Shown piece after piece: positions 1 to 12,421 of a DNA stretch of 64,000 nt; positions within the stretch are counted from its first letter, which is position 1; every line of letters starts with the position of its first letter. The stretch is from Eledone cirrhosa (Eukaryota). The notes below the pieces were generated by a model. It saw only the letters and a list, made by a program, of their open reading frames with translations. It was not told where the DNA came from and ran no database searches. The DNA lies in the NCBI GenBank assembly GCA_964016885.1, contig OZ024742.1, positions 186,868,001 to 186,932,000 of the forward strand, given 5' to 3'. Made by a program: the position numbers and the translations under genes.

Positions 1-118
1 CTTCTTTCCGCATTTCACCAAAACGTAATTGTCATTCTACATTTCCCCACTAAAGTGGAAGATTTCCATCGTCCGCTTTTCAAGAGAAATTTAAACTAAC
101 GATCATCTTACAAACGTA

Positions 119-157
<39 letters not shown>

Positions 158-161
<4 letters not shown>

Positions 162-431
162 AAAAAGAGATGAAATCGAAAATGCAACTGGAGTCTTATT
201 TTTTTTAAAAATATATATATATCACATCTGTGAGAAAAACCACAGACCCTCCATCTCAACTCACCTTTTGAAAAGCAGAAGAACTGCGAAACCGGTAAAG
301 GAACCAAATAAATATATATATTTTTTTAAAAATAAGACTCCAGTTGCATTTTCGATTTCATCTCTTTTTCTTTATACTTTCACTCGTGTAGGAGACCTCG
401 GTTATTTTTCATTTTGTAAAAAAAACCTCAC

Positions 432-440
<9 letters not shown>
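158..440. mobile_element. Fold-back Penelope-like terminal-repeat (pLTR) fragment, family B, in (TA)n
   Basis: 160-212 is the reverse complement of ~322-375; the same sequence forms the 3' end of the Penelope-like copies at ~52190-52282 and 57930-58015; flanked by (TA)n on both sides. Confidence 0.75.
264..301 (+). ncRNA. Minimal type-I hammerhead ribozyme, U3-A8 core variant (family B)
   Basis: cctt-TTGAAAA-gcag(aagaa)ctgc-GAAA-ccg-GTA-aagg: stem I cctt/aagg, stem II gcag/ctgc, palindromic stem III ACCGGT. More degenerate homologues at ~14308-14345(-), ~52195-52228 and ~57452-57488. Confidence 0.6.
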
Positions 441-485
<45 letters not shown>

Positions 486-494
<9 letters not shown>

Positions 495-845
495 GATCCG
501 AAGGCATGGTATACATTTCCAATCATTTTAATCACGACACATGTTTCAATAAGAGATAGATCGATTATCACTGTTAAACTCTGTGAGTGAACATCGATAA
601 TTTTTCTCCCTCATATCAAGGATTTGAAGACAATTCATTTTCACCTGACGAGATCAGTGATAATCGATCATGGCTACACGATCGATCTATCACTTATTGA
701 AACATGTGTTGTGATTAAAATGATTGGAAATTTATACCATGCCTTTGGATCTTTATTTTGATACAAATACTCCGTTTTCATCATCTAGCTGTTCTCATAA
801 ATGGAATTGGAGATATACAAAAGCGTGGAGAACTTAATATTGGTA
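486..845. mobile_element. Fold-back hammerhead-containing repeat
   Basis: 488-567 is an inverted copy of ~678-758; the right arm continues further (right boundary approximate); left end abuts (TA)n. Confidence 0.65.
635..723 (+). ncRNA. Type-I hammerhead ribozyme
   Basis: tcattttcac-CTGACGA-...agtgata...tatcact..-GAAA-catgt-GTT-gtgattaaaatga; the inverted partial copy at ~530-550 reads GTC at the cleavage triplet. Confidence 0.7.
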
Positions 846-1243
846 ACAAAAATTTATTTTAAAAATAGCTTTCAATTTTGGTACTTACAGCACCGAACGC
901 TCTGACTACTACTATGATCATGTCAACCTTTCTCATTGTCCACAAATGTTTTATCTTCCATGCTAGTGTTTTGTAGCTCGCAACCTTCAGCTATTTTTGC
1001 CACAAACCTTATTGTCAGTGGGACAAGTCACATCCAGTATCAAATATTATTAATTAACTCTGTTGATCACCACAGTAACTGGTTTGCTATATTCAATTTC
1101 ATGGTCACATTTAACCATAACGTCGCATAGAATCTAAAACACCTTCTGGTCTGAGCTCATACCACCGTTTTGCCTTATCAAGGCTGTATTTTCTACATAA
1201 CTATCAACGAATGATTTTTCACTGGATGGTGATATGCCACACC

Positions 1244-1419
1244 CAGCGCCGGATTTAGAACAAATGAGGCCCTGTGCTAGTTAAGTTATGAGGCCCTCAC
1301 TTAGGCCATGAAGGAGGTAAAAGAATTTTTGGCAGGAAGATATTCTCCCAACACCCCACCCCCAGCCAACGGATCCCTGAGCTTAAGCACACCTAAAAAC
1401 AATAATAAATCCAGCACTG
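1244..1419. mobile_element. hAT-type MITE
   Basis: Imperfect TIRs cagcgccggattta / taaatccagcactg; 8-bp TSD gccacacc (1236-1243) / gccacaca (1420-1427), 7 of 8 matching. Confidence 0.7.
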
Positions 1420-1471
1420 GCCACACAGATTCTCCCTACACTGAATTATCAACATAATTTGTCCTCACAGC

Positions 1472-1630
1472 TTACTCTTGTGTTGCACAAATTAAAGCTT
1501 TCGTTTCTCGTTTAAGGTTACTTTTTTCTATCCACAGCCACTTCTTGTCCAAATCAGTTTTGACTGTAAAGTTGTCCGTACATTCTCTTTTCTTTCCATT
1601 TCCTTTCAGTCTCACATTTCTCCCAACTCG
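1472..1630 (-). pseudogene. R4/Dong-like non-LTR retrotransposon remnant
   Basis: Peptide WLWIEKSNLKRETKALICATQE resembles the W.WL..G.LK.ETE.LI.AAQE motif downstream of RT in RLE-type LINEs. Confidence 0.55.
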
Positions 1631-1721
1631 TTCAACATTTGTCACTTTCTGCTGTGAGGTCAACTCCAAGTTCAATGTAATTTGACTCTTAAGGTGTTCC
1701 TGAGCGGTAAATATCAAGGCT

Positions 1722-1822
1722 TATTGTTGTTGTTGTTGTTATTGTTATTGTTGTTGGTGTTGTTGTTATTGTTATTATTCTTATTGTTGTTGTTATTATT
1801 GTTGTTGTTGTTGTTGTTGTTA
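1722..1822. repeat. (TTG/TTA)n microsatellite
   Basis: Direct reading. Confidence 0.95.
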
Positions 1823-1897
1823 TAATATTGATAAGGTTTCCGTTATGGTTTCTGCGTTCGTGTATAACTTAATTGTATAAATTGGACGAGAGTCACA

Positions 1898-1938
<41 letters not shown>

Positions 1939-1972
1939 AAGCGAAAGTGAGAGAGAGAGCGAAAGTGAGAGA

Positions 1973-2010
<38 letters not shown>

Positions 2011-2112
2011 TGTGAGATAGAGAGATAGAGAGAAAGAGAGAGAGATGTGGGGGCAGAGAGGGGAATAGAGAGAGAGAGAGAGAGAGAAATAGAGAGATGT
2101 GGGGGAGAGAGG

Positions 2113-2156
<44 letters not shown>

Positions 2157-2176
2157 AGGGGGGATAAAGAGAGAAA
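1898..2176. repeat. (GA)n-rich microsatellite
   Basis: Direct reading. Confidence 0.95.
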
Positions 2177-2262
2177 GAAAGGGCGGAGAGTATCAATTAA
2201 AGGCTACCAAGAGAGCGCGAAATACACAATATGTAGTGCTAATGAACGATAACAGTCAAGTT

Positions 2263-2800
2263 GTGTGTATATATATATGTATGTGTATATATGTATGAGT
2301 ATGTATGTATGTGTATGTCTATGTGTATGTATGTGTGTATGTGAATGTATGTATGCATGTATGTGTGCATGTGTGCATGTATATGTGTGTATGTATGTGT
2401 ATGTATGTGTGTGTATGTATGTGTATGTATGTGTGTGTATGTATGTGAATGTATGTCTATGTCTATGTGTATGTCTAGGTGTATGTATGTATGTATGTAT
2501 GTGTGCATTTGTGCATGTATATATATATTTGTATGTGTATGTATGCATGTGTATGTCTATGTGTATGTATGTGTATGTATGTATGTGTATGTATGTATGT
2601 GTATGTCTATGTGTATGTATGTGTATGTATGTATGTGTATGTCTATGTGTATGTATGTATGTGTATGTATGTATGTGTATGTCTATGTGTTTGTCTATAT
2701 GTATGTCTATGTATCTGTATGTATGTATGTATGTATGCATGTATATGTGTGTATGTATGTGTATGTATGTGTATGTGCATGTGTAAGTGTGTATGTGTGT
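2263..2800. repeat. (TATG)n/(TG)n compound microsatellite
   Basis: Direct reading; source of the spurious YVCM/HTYI ORFs. Confidence 0.95.
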
Positions 2801-3134
2801 ATTTCAACCGATGTTGTGTCTAGTCATTAGTAACAGAGGTAACTGTGCTAGTGTTTCTAATACAACTGATAAGAATTTGCGTGAAATAAGCCAAGTCTCC
2901 TGGGTTGAGTCCTTCTAAACATTCTTATATTTATCTGTCACAATAAACTATAGACATTGAGAGCTAATGATGATATATGACATATTACACTGACCTAATT
3001 ACCTCCACACACACACACAAACACACACACACACACACACACACATACACACACACACACACATATGAACATTCTTCATATAACTAATTAGATATGTAAT
3101 TGGTAAATGTATGTATGTATGTATGTGTGTATGC

Positions 3135-3170
<36 letters not shown>

Positions 3171-3174
3171 GCAT

Positions 3175-3217
<43 letters not shown>

Positions 3218-3793
3218 TATGTATGTATGTATGTATGTATGTGTGTATGCATGTATGTATGCCTACCTGCATGCACGTATGTATGTATGTATGTTGTATG
3301 CATGTATAAGTATGTGCATATATATATATATATATATAAAACAGTCATTCGTCTCATTCTGACGTCACTAGACCTGTTCTCCATGTGTGTTTATTATCTT
3401 AATTCCACACGGGGTGTAACTATCGTGCTTTTAAATTCCCTTCTGGCATATTTTAGCAGTGGAATTTTGGTTATCGTGTTGAGCTCTACTGATGAACGGT
3501 TCCAACCGTGACTAAACCCACTGAAAAGTTTCGTAAAATAGTCTTTTTAAGATTTGTAGATTTTTCCAAATTGAAGGATAAGTATTTACTCTTAATTTTA
3601 TTCTGAGTTAAGATTCTATTGTATTTTTCCCTGGATTACACAAAATCTGTGGATAAAATTTCTGTGTTGACTTTTTTTGAATTGAGATTGAATTATTTTC
3701 CCATATCTTACGTTAAATATTTTCCATCTTGACGTAATAGTAACTTATATGTATGAATTACTGTTGGCTTCTTGCTCACATTAATTTCTCTAT

Positions 3794-3846
<53 letters not shown>

Positions 3847-3976
3847 TGTTAAGGTGCAACTTAATCGCGTCCGTAGGCGGTATGCTACGTGAGCACTCGA
3901 TGCTCTTGGGAAGTAAAGTATCAATAGTATTAATATATAAAGTAACAAAGAATCAGTGTTGAATCATATATATATC

Positions 3977-4057
3977 ACATATTACATATGTTTCACTGTC
4001 GATCAGCTCGAGGAATGATCGAACCTGACTCTGGAATCGGAAGCTCCTCAGATATGT
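3977..4057 (-). ncRNA. Type-I hammerhead ribozyme (family H)
   Basis: Minus strand: acatat-CTGAGGA-...-GAAA-catat-GTA-atatgt; palindromic stem III CATATG; lies in a segment abutting (TA)n at 3844 whose tail resembles 13990-14040. Confidence 0.7.
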
Positions 4058-4377
4058 TTTAATATGTAGGCTGGCGATTATTCCCACCACCCCGGTCAAA
4101 TCGTCGCACGGATACATGCGATGCGCGTCGGCATGTCTGCCTAGCTTCCACTGTCACATTGTTTGAAGTCATTATTAAGGACATAAGGCAATGCGAGAAT
4201 GTGTTAGTGGGGAAAAGTAAGGGGTGAGAGAGTTAAGATATAGAATATAAAATAAAGGAATAACAAAAAAAAAGTCTATGGGATAAGGACCAATGCTGAC
4301 TACGATATATCCGACAAGGAGATAAAATGAAACCAAGAAAGTGGAACAATATATTATAGACATAATTGTTTCTACTT

Positions 4378-4550
4378 TTGGCACAAGGCCAGAAATTATC
4401 CCAGTGCATTACTGGAGCTTTATTTTATCGACCCCGTAAGGATGAAAGGCAAAGTTAACCTCGGCGGGATTTGAACTGAGACCGAAAAGGGACGTAACTA
4501 TGCTGTAAAAGCATGGTGCCCGACTCTCTACCGATACTGCCAATCCACCA
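4378..4550 (-). mobile_element. tRNA-derived SINE
   Basis: Minus strand has A-box-like TGGCAGTATCGG and B-box GTTCAAATCCC followed by ctttgcctttcatcc..ggggtcgataaaat; related copies at ~53917-54030, 62030-62165 and 62262-62432. Confidence 0.7.
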
Positions 4551-4789
4551 ATAAAGACAAAACCTATTCAAATAAATATATATATGTGTGTGTATACACA
4601 TATATATGTGCACACACACACACACACACATACATATACATACGCACAAAGACACATACTTACCCTTACGTATATATATACACACCCACACACATATATC
4701 TATATCTAATATATATACGCCCACACACATATATATCCATACACCCACACACACACACACGCATACACACACATATATATATATATACA

Positions 4790-5008
4790 TTGAAAAATAA
4801 ACCAAACATTGCTAACTATATCACATTTTAATTTACGTGCGTTTCATCCTTAATACAAAAATAAAAGCAGAATTACATAAGATATAGCTACCTTAAATAT
4901 GGCAGTATGTACAAAAATATAGCATCCCAGGTTGGTTTTGTTTACATTTAAAAAACCCGCTGCATCATACTAGGAAATAGTGCTTACCACGAGTCAGACT
5001 GCTGACAT
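4790..5008 (-). repeat. Left arm of inverted repeat (family F), partner of 11247-11700
   Basis: ccgctgcatcatactaggaaata and cagaattacataagatatagc are reverse-complemented at ~11275-11298 and ~11601-11622. Confidence 0.7.
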
Positions 5009-5682
5009 TATATGTATGGGTGCGCGTAACTGTGTGTAGTCATGTTTAATTATATATAGCTATGTGTTTGTATATATAGAGTGATCTGACAATTTAGATG
5101 GTGTTTCACTTTGAGCATATATAAGTGGATGTATTTGTTTATGTGTAGATGTACATATATAGTTGTATATATGTTTGTCTGTATGTATATGTACATATGG
5201 ACACAGGAGACGTGTATAGGGGGTGCGTATGTGTAAGTGTCTCTATATGAGTGCACACATTGTATATAACTAGTCTTGCTAACTATGTAAAATGTTTCTT
5301 TTAAATATATGTATGTGTGTATATATACCTATGCGAGGATATATATATATACACACACATATATGTATACTAGCAGTTTAGCCCCGCGTTGCTCGGGTTG
5401 TTCATTTGCAATGAAACGTTACATATAGGTAAACGTGGCTTGAACGCGAATAAGCTTATCGATTAAGTGCATAAAGCCGTTGAACCGATTATTAAAAGTT
5501 ACGAACCAATTAGGATTTTGGACAATCAATGATGCGAATCAATAGCAAATTTAGCAGACCAAAGTTGCAAGATGGTCGCCCTGATGCTGCTGGGTGCCAG
5601 ATCTGTCCGCCATGGGTGACCCTACCAGGAAATAGTTTTCCAGACGGCATAGCTCCAACACCTCCAACACCTGCACCAACAT

Positions 5683-8600
5683 CTATAGCACCTCGTTGTA
5701 GACGATATTGCGTGTCATCCCTTGAGGAGTGTAAGCAAAATGTGCATTCCTGCTCCCTACGTGGAAACAGGAAACATAAAGTTGATCATGGGAGAAGCAT
5801 GTCTCCCCCAAATGGATGCCCGCCACCGACAATGTTTGCCCTTGTGACTTGTTAATGGAAATGGCAAAACATGGTCTCATCGGGAATTGGGATCGCCGGA
5901 AATCGAACGGGATATCTGACGCCGAGGAGAAAAGGTTCATCCTTGGAATGAAAATATTCTCCCCTCTCCCGTTACAATGGTGGCCTCAATCAAGTGGGGC
6001 GTCATTGACTTGACGACCCTGTGAGTACCGTTGCACTGCTTTGGTGGACGCACGTTCCTTATTAGCATAATGAGACAGCCAACCCGAAGCTTAAGAATGT
6101 GAGGTGGGAGCCCTGGGGGCTCAAGGGAATTTAATAACTCAACCGGATAATTAACGATATCGTCGGGGTCTGACATCCGGTCGATAGATTTGAAGATGTG
6201 CTCTTTACCGGGAATTTTTTCAATCAGCTGCTCATTAATAACATTAACCATGGCATTTTTCGGAGTAAGGAGGGCTCTTTCGCTGAGCCAATCGAAGTTT
6301 TTAAAGTTAGATGAAACATTAGGAAAAACTGCTTCCCAAAGGTCAGAAGGGCTGCTCACAATGTTGCACAGGGAGTCGATTGCGATGCCGCCCTTGTCAT
6401 CCGCAGGTACCTTGCCCTCACCAAGTGCTAAAATGTTCTGAGCAAATTCTGCAGACATGTTGTCACCATGCAAATGAGCACGCATATTTGTGCTCAGGTA
6501 CAAAGTCTTCACCTGGGGCCACAACGTGGACTACTTAAGGCAGGCACGCACTTCATCATCTCTTGTCCCTTTGGGGATGACAGGCAGCGTTTGCCGAAAA
6601 TCCCCTGATAGCAGAAGGGTTACGCCACCCATAGGAGCCGTAGAATCCCTAATGTCTTTCAGGGGTTGTCCAATGCCTCAAAGGTAGCCTTGTGTGCCAT
6701 TGTGCACTCATCCCAAACAATGAGGCAACATGTTTTGAGAACCAGAGCTTCGTGTGAGCTCTTGCTGATATTGCATGTTGGTGTCTCAGTTTTTACTAAA
6801 TCCAAGGGGAGTTTAAAGGTTGAATGTGCTGTCCTGCCTCTCGGCAGCAAAGTAGCTGCGATCCCGGACGATGCAACGGCCAACGCAATTGTTTTCTCCT
6901 GACGAATCTTAGCGAGAATCAATTTTGTTACAAAAGGTTTTCCGGTACTCCCAGGAGCATCGATAAAGTAAATACCCACAGTCTGATTTTGAACCGCGTC
7001 AATGATAGTTAAATAGGCCAACCTTTGGTCCGACAGACGTTTGGGCTTATTTTCCTCTAAGTATTTGGAAAGAGATTCGATGTCATATGCTGTTTCCCGC
7101 AACAAATCCGGAGCCAACGTATTAGCTTCATCTGTGACGGTTGACGGCAAGCCATACGTCGCCAACTCACTCCCACCCATGTCGAAGAGGGCGTCTCGAT
7201 ATCAATGAGTGCCCTGTTGTAGATAATGCCGCTGTAAGAAACTTCCACTGAAGGATACTGCAGATGAGCCAGGCGCAGGAAATCTTCAGACATGAAGTCT
7301 CTGTACTTGAGCCATAAAAATTTGGGATCACCCAATTCACACTTTTGAAGCAAAATGGCAAAGAGTTCCCGTAGACCTTTAGGTGATTTCAACAAAGCAG
7401 CCTTTGCTAAAGTGGAATCGCATTGCGACCCATCTTCCAAAACACCACGCTTAAAGCAGGCTTCCCGGTACGTATCACATATTTCTCCATCAACACTTTT
7501 GAGGTCCTGAAAACGTTGTGGGCCTACAACTTCATGCAGAAGAAGGCGGAGATGAACGCACTCATGCTGACTTGGAGGCACAGTGTCAACCCTTCCAAGA
7601 CAGCTGTCAAATTTTACACCATGATGTCTTTCAACAGCCTGACCTGACTTTCTTCGCACCCAAGTGTTTTTCGACCATATAAAGTCGGATGGAACCTGGG
7701 GGTACATAATTGTTTGCGCAAATGTATCGAACTGGCAAAGTTTGAAGAAACCTGTCAGAGTGGTCTCTTTCGGATAGGCGGCCAGCTTGGCGGCAGTTTG
7801 GTCCGTAAAGTAAACTCTTTGCCCATTTTCCAAATGTACCGCAAGCTGTACGATGGTGGGGTGCCGTTGGTGTAGGGGGAAACCAAATAGGCGCCAAAAA
7901 GCTTCATTGCTACTGATGTACCACGCCACAGGTACTCTGTGCCTCGTCCCTGCTATTTTCAGCTTGAAATGCGAACATTGCGGCATCAGAGCCCTTATTT
8001 ACATATTTGCATATGTATTTTATAGACTTGACGGAATTGCAAAACTCAACGTTGATGTGGGCGTTGAACATCTTCAAGAGAAGCGGGCAGTAAGGGGCCA
8101 CCCATCTATTGTCGACTTGTCCTCCCTTTACTGTTGTGGTGAAGCCACCGTTCTTGAGCCGTCTCCGCCTGTACAGGGGGAACCCATCGCCACCACCCTG
8201 AGTCTCGTCAACAAATTTTTTTGGGTATCCCTTACTGACACGTGTGATGCTCATTAGGGCCCGACGCACACAGACCATGAATCATGTTAGCTTTGACGAT
8301 GTTATGTAATTCCTGGTCAGTTGCTGGGTTAGGGATTTCAGTCGAAATGAAACTGTCTATGGCATTTGAATTTATTTTATCAGCTAACCAAATCAAAATG
8401 TGAGCATGTGGAAGCCCTCGTTTTTGCCATTCGACGGTGAATATGTCACATTTTACAACCCCAAATACCTGACCCTTTTTGATTAAAGCTATGAGTTTAG
8501 CCAGTTTAAGTCTGAACATTCTGGCAATGAGGTCATGTCTGTTCGAATAATTTTGCCCAGGAAAAAGTTCACGGGTTATCTCAACCGATTTCGGATTACA

Positions 8601-10133
8601 CGTGAATGTAATGAACAGATCTCGGCGACCACAATGGCGCACAAACGTCATGGCATCCTGGGTTCTTTCGTGCAAACTGATGCAAACTGATGGAAAAGCT
8701 CTCGTGATCTATGAATATGATTAAAACTATTCTGTCTGATCATGAAGTGGTAGGAATAAAAATCCATACAGGATACTCTTTTATTGGAGGTCTCGTCAGG
8801 ATTGTTTGACGTCTCGTCAGGATTGTTTAACGTCTCGTCAGGATTGTTTGACGTCCCGTCAGAATTGTTTGACTTGCTTTGAGGAATGCCGAAATGTTAT
8901 CCGTCTTCCCCATAAACAAAAAGCAGTGGATATTGTAGGCTGTCGTATGAGCGATGCGTTTCACAAATCCTCACGACTTTTAATGACAATGTACCTTTTT
9001 TTAAGCTGATCTTCATGGAGAACAACGGCTACTTCATTGCATGCGGGGGCGTTATAGTGGCGAGCATGCTCCCCAGATGGCCTTTTGTCAGCATCAATAA
9101 CGATGTTGAAGTTGGTTACAGGTGTTGATTCCAAGGCATATTTGAAGCTCAGGACGTAGCTGTTGTTTTCATGAAGCATGCGTTGAAGATCGAGTAGTAT
9201 GTCTTTGTCAACAGATTTACTTTTCTCGCCGTTAGACTTAGGAATAATAAAAATACGCATGTCAGCCTGTCTAATGTAATCAGTTATGAAGTAGATTTGG
9301 AGAAACGCGGACTTTTCCGTTTCTTGAGGCTGGAGTGATCCAATTAGATGGTATATCTGTCCCTGAACTTTAAATGAGGGCATCCACCCATCTTCTCGGA
9401 CAACGCGTGCCCCGAAAGAGGTCATCTGAAAGGCACAATTGTACTTTCTGATGAGTTCAAGAAAATCTTTTGACCTAGGAGTTGTGCCAGTAAGAAGTTT
9501 TTTCAAAGTCTGCGGTGGGTCCTCTAGGGGAAGTAAATTAACCTTGCCATTGGAGCAGCACATTCCAGGTGGTTCTCCAGCCCACTTATTTGCACTACAG
9601 AACTTGCAAGTTAAACTCATATTCCCAATCTGGATGTCAGGCCGCATTGAGAAGTTAAGTGTTGGATCATAATTAAAAGCTTTTAAAAGCCAATATGAAT
9701 TATTTGGACTTTTTATGCCTCGGGCAGTTTCTTTACACCGATTGTTCTTTTCTAGTCTAATACTGCGATCGTTGTGTGATTCTTAGGCTCTAGCAGCAGC
9801 AGTAGCCACTGCATTACAGGAATTACGAAGTGATTTTATCTGTTCATTTTCAGTAGCTCTAGCAGCGGCAGGAGCCACAGCATTCCGGGAGCTACGGATA
9901 GAACGGTCTAAATCCCTAAGCTTAGCACGCGACGAAGTATAGTAAGATATATTGCTGGCTAGACGCTCACTACGCTGGTCGTCAGTTTCAGCAGCTCTTC
10001 TATTTTCTGAACGTAAAGCACTTTGTGACAATCGCAATTCAGTTTCCTCCAGCGACTCATTCAACCGTCTTCTTTTCTGTTTAGCTGCAGACACCGTCTT
10101 ACGACCAAGTGAGCATCTCTTTTTTGGGGGCAT
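5683..10133 (-). pseudogene. Helitron RepHel protein (HUH Rep + PIF1-family helicase), fragmented by frameshifts and stops
   Basis: CxxC...CC zinc motif (8961-9647); Rep motifs FITFTCNP and VEWQKRGLPHAHIL (8232-8675); KYICKYVNKGSD (7910-8278); PIF1 motifs DAPGSTGK, VASSGIAATLL, GRTAHS, DECTM (6659-7180), LSTNMR, CNGT (5937-6524), SINKSQGQTL (5683-5940). Confidence 0.92.
8790..8873. repeat. 21-bp tandem repeat x4 inside the Helitron
   Basis: Unit gtctcgtcaggattgtttgac with minor variants. Confidence 0.9.
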
Positions 10134-10560
10134 TATATCTGAAAATGTTAAACAAAAACCTTATGAAATTTGAAACTAAATGGTAAACACAACTGAATGG
10201 AAGATGAAATGGCAACGAAAAAAAATAAATGAAGATGCAATATTCAAACAAAATCGGGGGTAGGTATGACTAATTATCTACCAACTGGTAGTATTTGGAT
10301 GGACATATTTGACTTTATATGAAAAGAAACAAAAACATTAACGCACACTCACTAATCAGTGTATTCGGCAGAATTGCCAGAACTACAACACTATCGGTGT
10401 TGTCATATTAATATTTAACCAATTAAAGTCTTACAAAATAAATAATTTAAACATTCCGATTCATATCTCTATAGCATTAATCTGTTATATGAAGTGTTAT
10501 TTTGCGGGTTGTTATTTGCAATAAGCCGATTTAAAATACCCCAGATAAGCCGTATGTCAA

Positions 10561-10761
10561 TACGGAACGCTCCACTGCAGTGTTGTCATATAACGAGTGA
10601 AGAGCGACAGAGAGAGTAAAGCAGTTAAATTATAGAGAGGGGGAATATACGGAACGTTCCATTTGAACATACACATCGTTTCTCTCTCTCTGCAGTGTTG
10701 TCATATAGGGAGTGAAGAGCGACAGAGAGAGTAAAGCAGTTAAATTACAGAGAGGGGGAAT
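10561..10761. repeat. Imperfect tandem duplication in the Helitron 5' non-coding region
   Basis: ctgcagtgttgtcatata..gagtgaagagcgacagagagagtaaagcagttaaatta.agagagggggaat occurs twice. Confidence 0.85.
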
Positions 10762-11246
10762 GATCATGATCGATTTTTGCCCTTATTGTTAATGGATTTG
10801 AAATTGTTTTGCTTCATGACTTTTTCCTGACCAAAAGCAATAATTGTCCCGACTTTGAATAGAATCCGTTAGGAATTGTGGACGTGAATCCATTACAAAC
10901 CTTAACACACACATCCTCAGATTTATATATATAGATATATGTATGTGTGTGAGAATGTATGTATTTGTGTAAATATATTCATACACTTATCTACTGTTAT
11001 TGTTTTGATGTTGTATACGAATAAGTAGTAGAATTTAACTTGAAGTACATAAATATATATGGTATTGTATATATTAGCCTGGATGAGTGGTGGTGTGTGT
11101 ATAATTTAGCATGTGAATTATATTCTCCCTCTTGAAAATATTAATGCGTATACCGTATTTATTGTGCAAAAAAGATGGACTGCTTTTAATTTTGATTATG
11201 ATATCATATATTGCATACATATTCGTTTGAGTGCCTAAGTGAAGAA

Positions 11247-11700
11247 CGTCAGTAGTTTGACTTGTGGTAAGTATTATTTCCTAGTATGATGCAGCGGTTT
11301 TTTTAATGTAAACCAGTCAAGGGCAACCTTAACCCAACTTTTCAGTCGTAATTTATCTTTCTATCATTTTTACGATCGAGGAAAACAACGTGTACGAATT
11401 CTGAAGAAGCAAATCTAAACAACCTTAGTATACCGCCCTTTTTTTAATGTGGACACGAATGTAAATTAGCGCTTGCAGCCCACCTGATGATGAGCCATAT
11501 CTCATGTGGCCCGCTTCTCGAAAAAGTTTGCCCGTGCCTGATGTAAACAAAACCAGCTTGGTATGTTATATATTTTTTTACATAATTTCCTATTTAAGGT
11601 GGCTATATCTTATGTAATTCTGAGGAGTCATAATGTAAGGCTTTTAATATCAAGGATGAAACGCATGTGATATACGTTAGCAGTGTTTGGCTTATTTATC
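11247..11700 (+). repeat. Right arm of family F inverted repeat with degenerate hammerhead (11615-11675)
   Basis: taatt-CTGAGGA...GAAA-cgcat-GTG; the left arm preserves GAAAcgcacGTAaatta. Confidence 0.6.
11314..11540. mobile_element. hAT (Charlie-like) MITE
   Basis: TIRs cagtcaagggcaacctt / aagtttgcccgtgcctg; perfect 8-bp TSD atgtaaac (11306-11313, 11541-11548); empty site visible in the inverted partner at ~4940. Confidence 0.85.
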
Positions 11701-11848
11701 AATAAGTTTCCTGCTCTACGTCAATTCTTAATCATTCATATTAGGATTTCATACTTTTCTATAAAATTCTATGTAGCCTTGTGCATGTAATAAATATCGT
11801 ATTTTTGAGCTGTATAACTACTTCACCTATAATTATCTGTCACACACA

Positions 11849-11883
<35 letters not shown>

Positions 11884-11924
11884 CGAAACATAAGTCAATT
11901 GCATGAAGTCATAATCCTTTATTT

Positions 11925-11980
11925 ACTGCTATATATATTTCTATGATAGCCATTTAATGGCTATCACCTCATCAGGCAGT
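11925..11980 (-). ncRNA. Type-I hammerhead ribozyme
   Basis: Minus: actgc-CTGATGA-g-gtgatagccat(taa)atggctatcat-a-GAAA-tatat-ATA-gcagt. Confidence 0.75.
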
Positions 11981-12052
11981 TAGTCAGTTCTTAGATATGC
12001 CAGCTCTGTGTTTATAGTCTTGATGGTATCAGAGCCTTGGAACATATCTATA

Positions 12053-12089
<37 letters not shown>

Positions 12090-12134
12090 CTTGAATGTTT
12101 GGTTGGTAGAGTCCATAACACCAATCAAACCCCT

Positions 12135-12192
12135 TTTATAGCTCTGACGAATCCTACGGTTACGTAAGGAAGAAACATTGTAAGCCAATAAA
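12135..12192 (+). ncRNA. Type-I hammerhead ribozyme
   Basis: gct-CTGACGA-a-tcctacg(gtta)cgtaagga-a-GAAA-catt-GTA-agc. Confidence 0.7.
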
Positions 12193-12421
12193 AATCTGTT
12201 GATGATGTAGACGCTCTTGTGTTCTTTATAATATATATATTTATATATATAGTATATATATATATAGTATATATATATATATATACATATATATTCCTCG
12301 ATGCCGCTGTTGAGCAAACGGATGACGATTGGTCATCAAGGCACAGCCTTGTCGGGCCGTTTGCTTGCAAACGTATGGAATGTTATCATTAATATTCGAT
12401 ATAACCCATACGTATATATAT

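Larger units (their letters stand above)
5370..10935 (-). mobile_element. Full-length decayed Helitron
   Basis: On the minus strand: 5' TCTATATATATAAA start at 10935, 3' hairpin CCCGAGCAACGCGGG then CTAG ending at 5370, inserted between A and T with no TSD; RepHel ORF fragments in order. Confidence 0.92.

Noticed and set aside
1843-3511. Many ORFs rich in YI/VC/HT/LS dipeptides (also 12664-13600, 16154-17515, 35875-38814, 41520-42521, 52744-53201)
   Set aside because: Translations of stop-free dinucleotide and tetranucleotide microsatellites; no domain content.
3489-3520. CTGATGA-acggtt(cc)aaccgt hammerhead-like hairpin; similar partial motifs at ~12310-12375, ~40699 and ~63925-63970
   Set aside because: GAAA, cleavage triplet or stem I missing; possibly decayed ribozymes but not supportable.
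4378-4550. tRNA gene
   Set aside because: Only A/B-box-like head with no cloverleaf; repeated as a SINE.
8790-8873. Short regular repeats resembling a CRISPR array
   Set aside because: Head-to-tail 21-mers without spacers, no cas genes, eukaryotic context.
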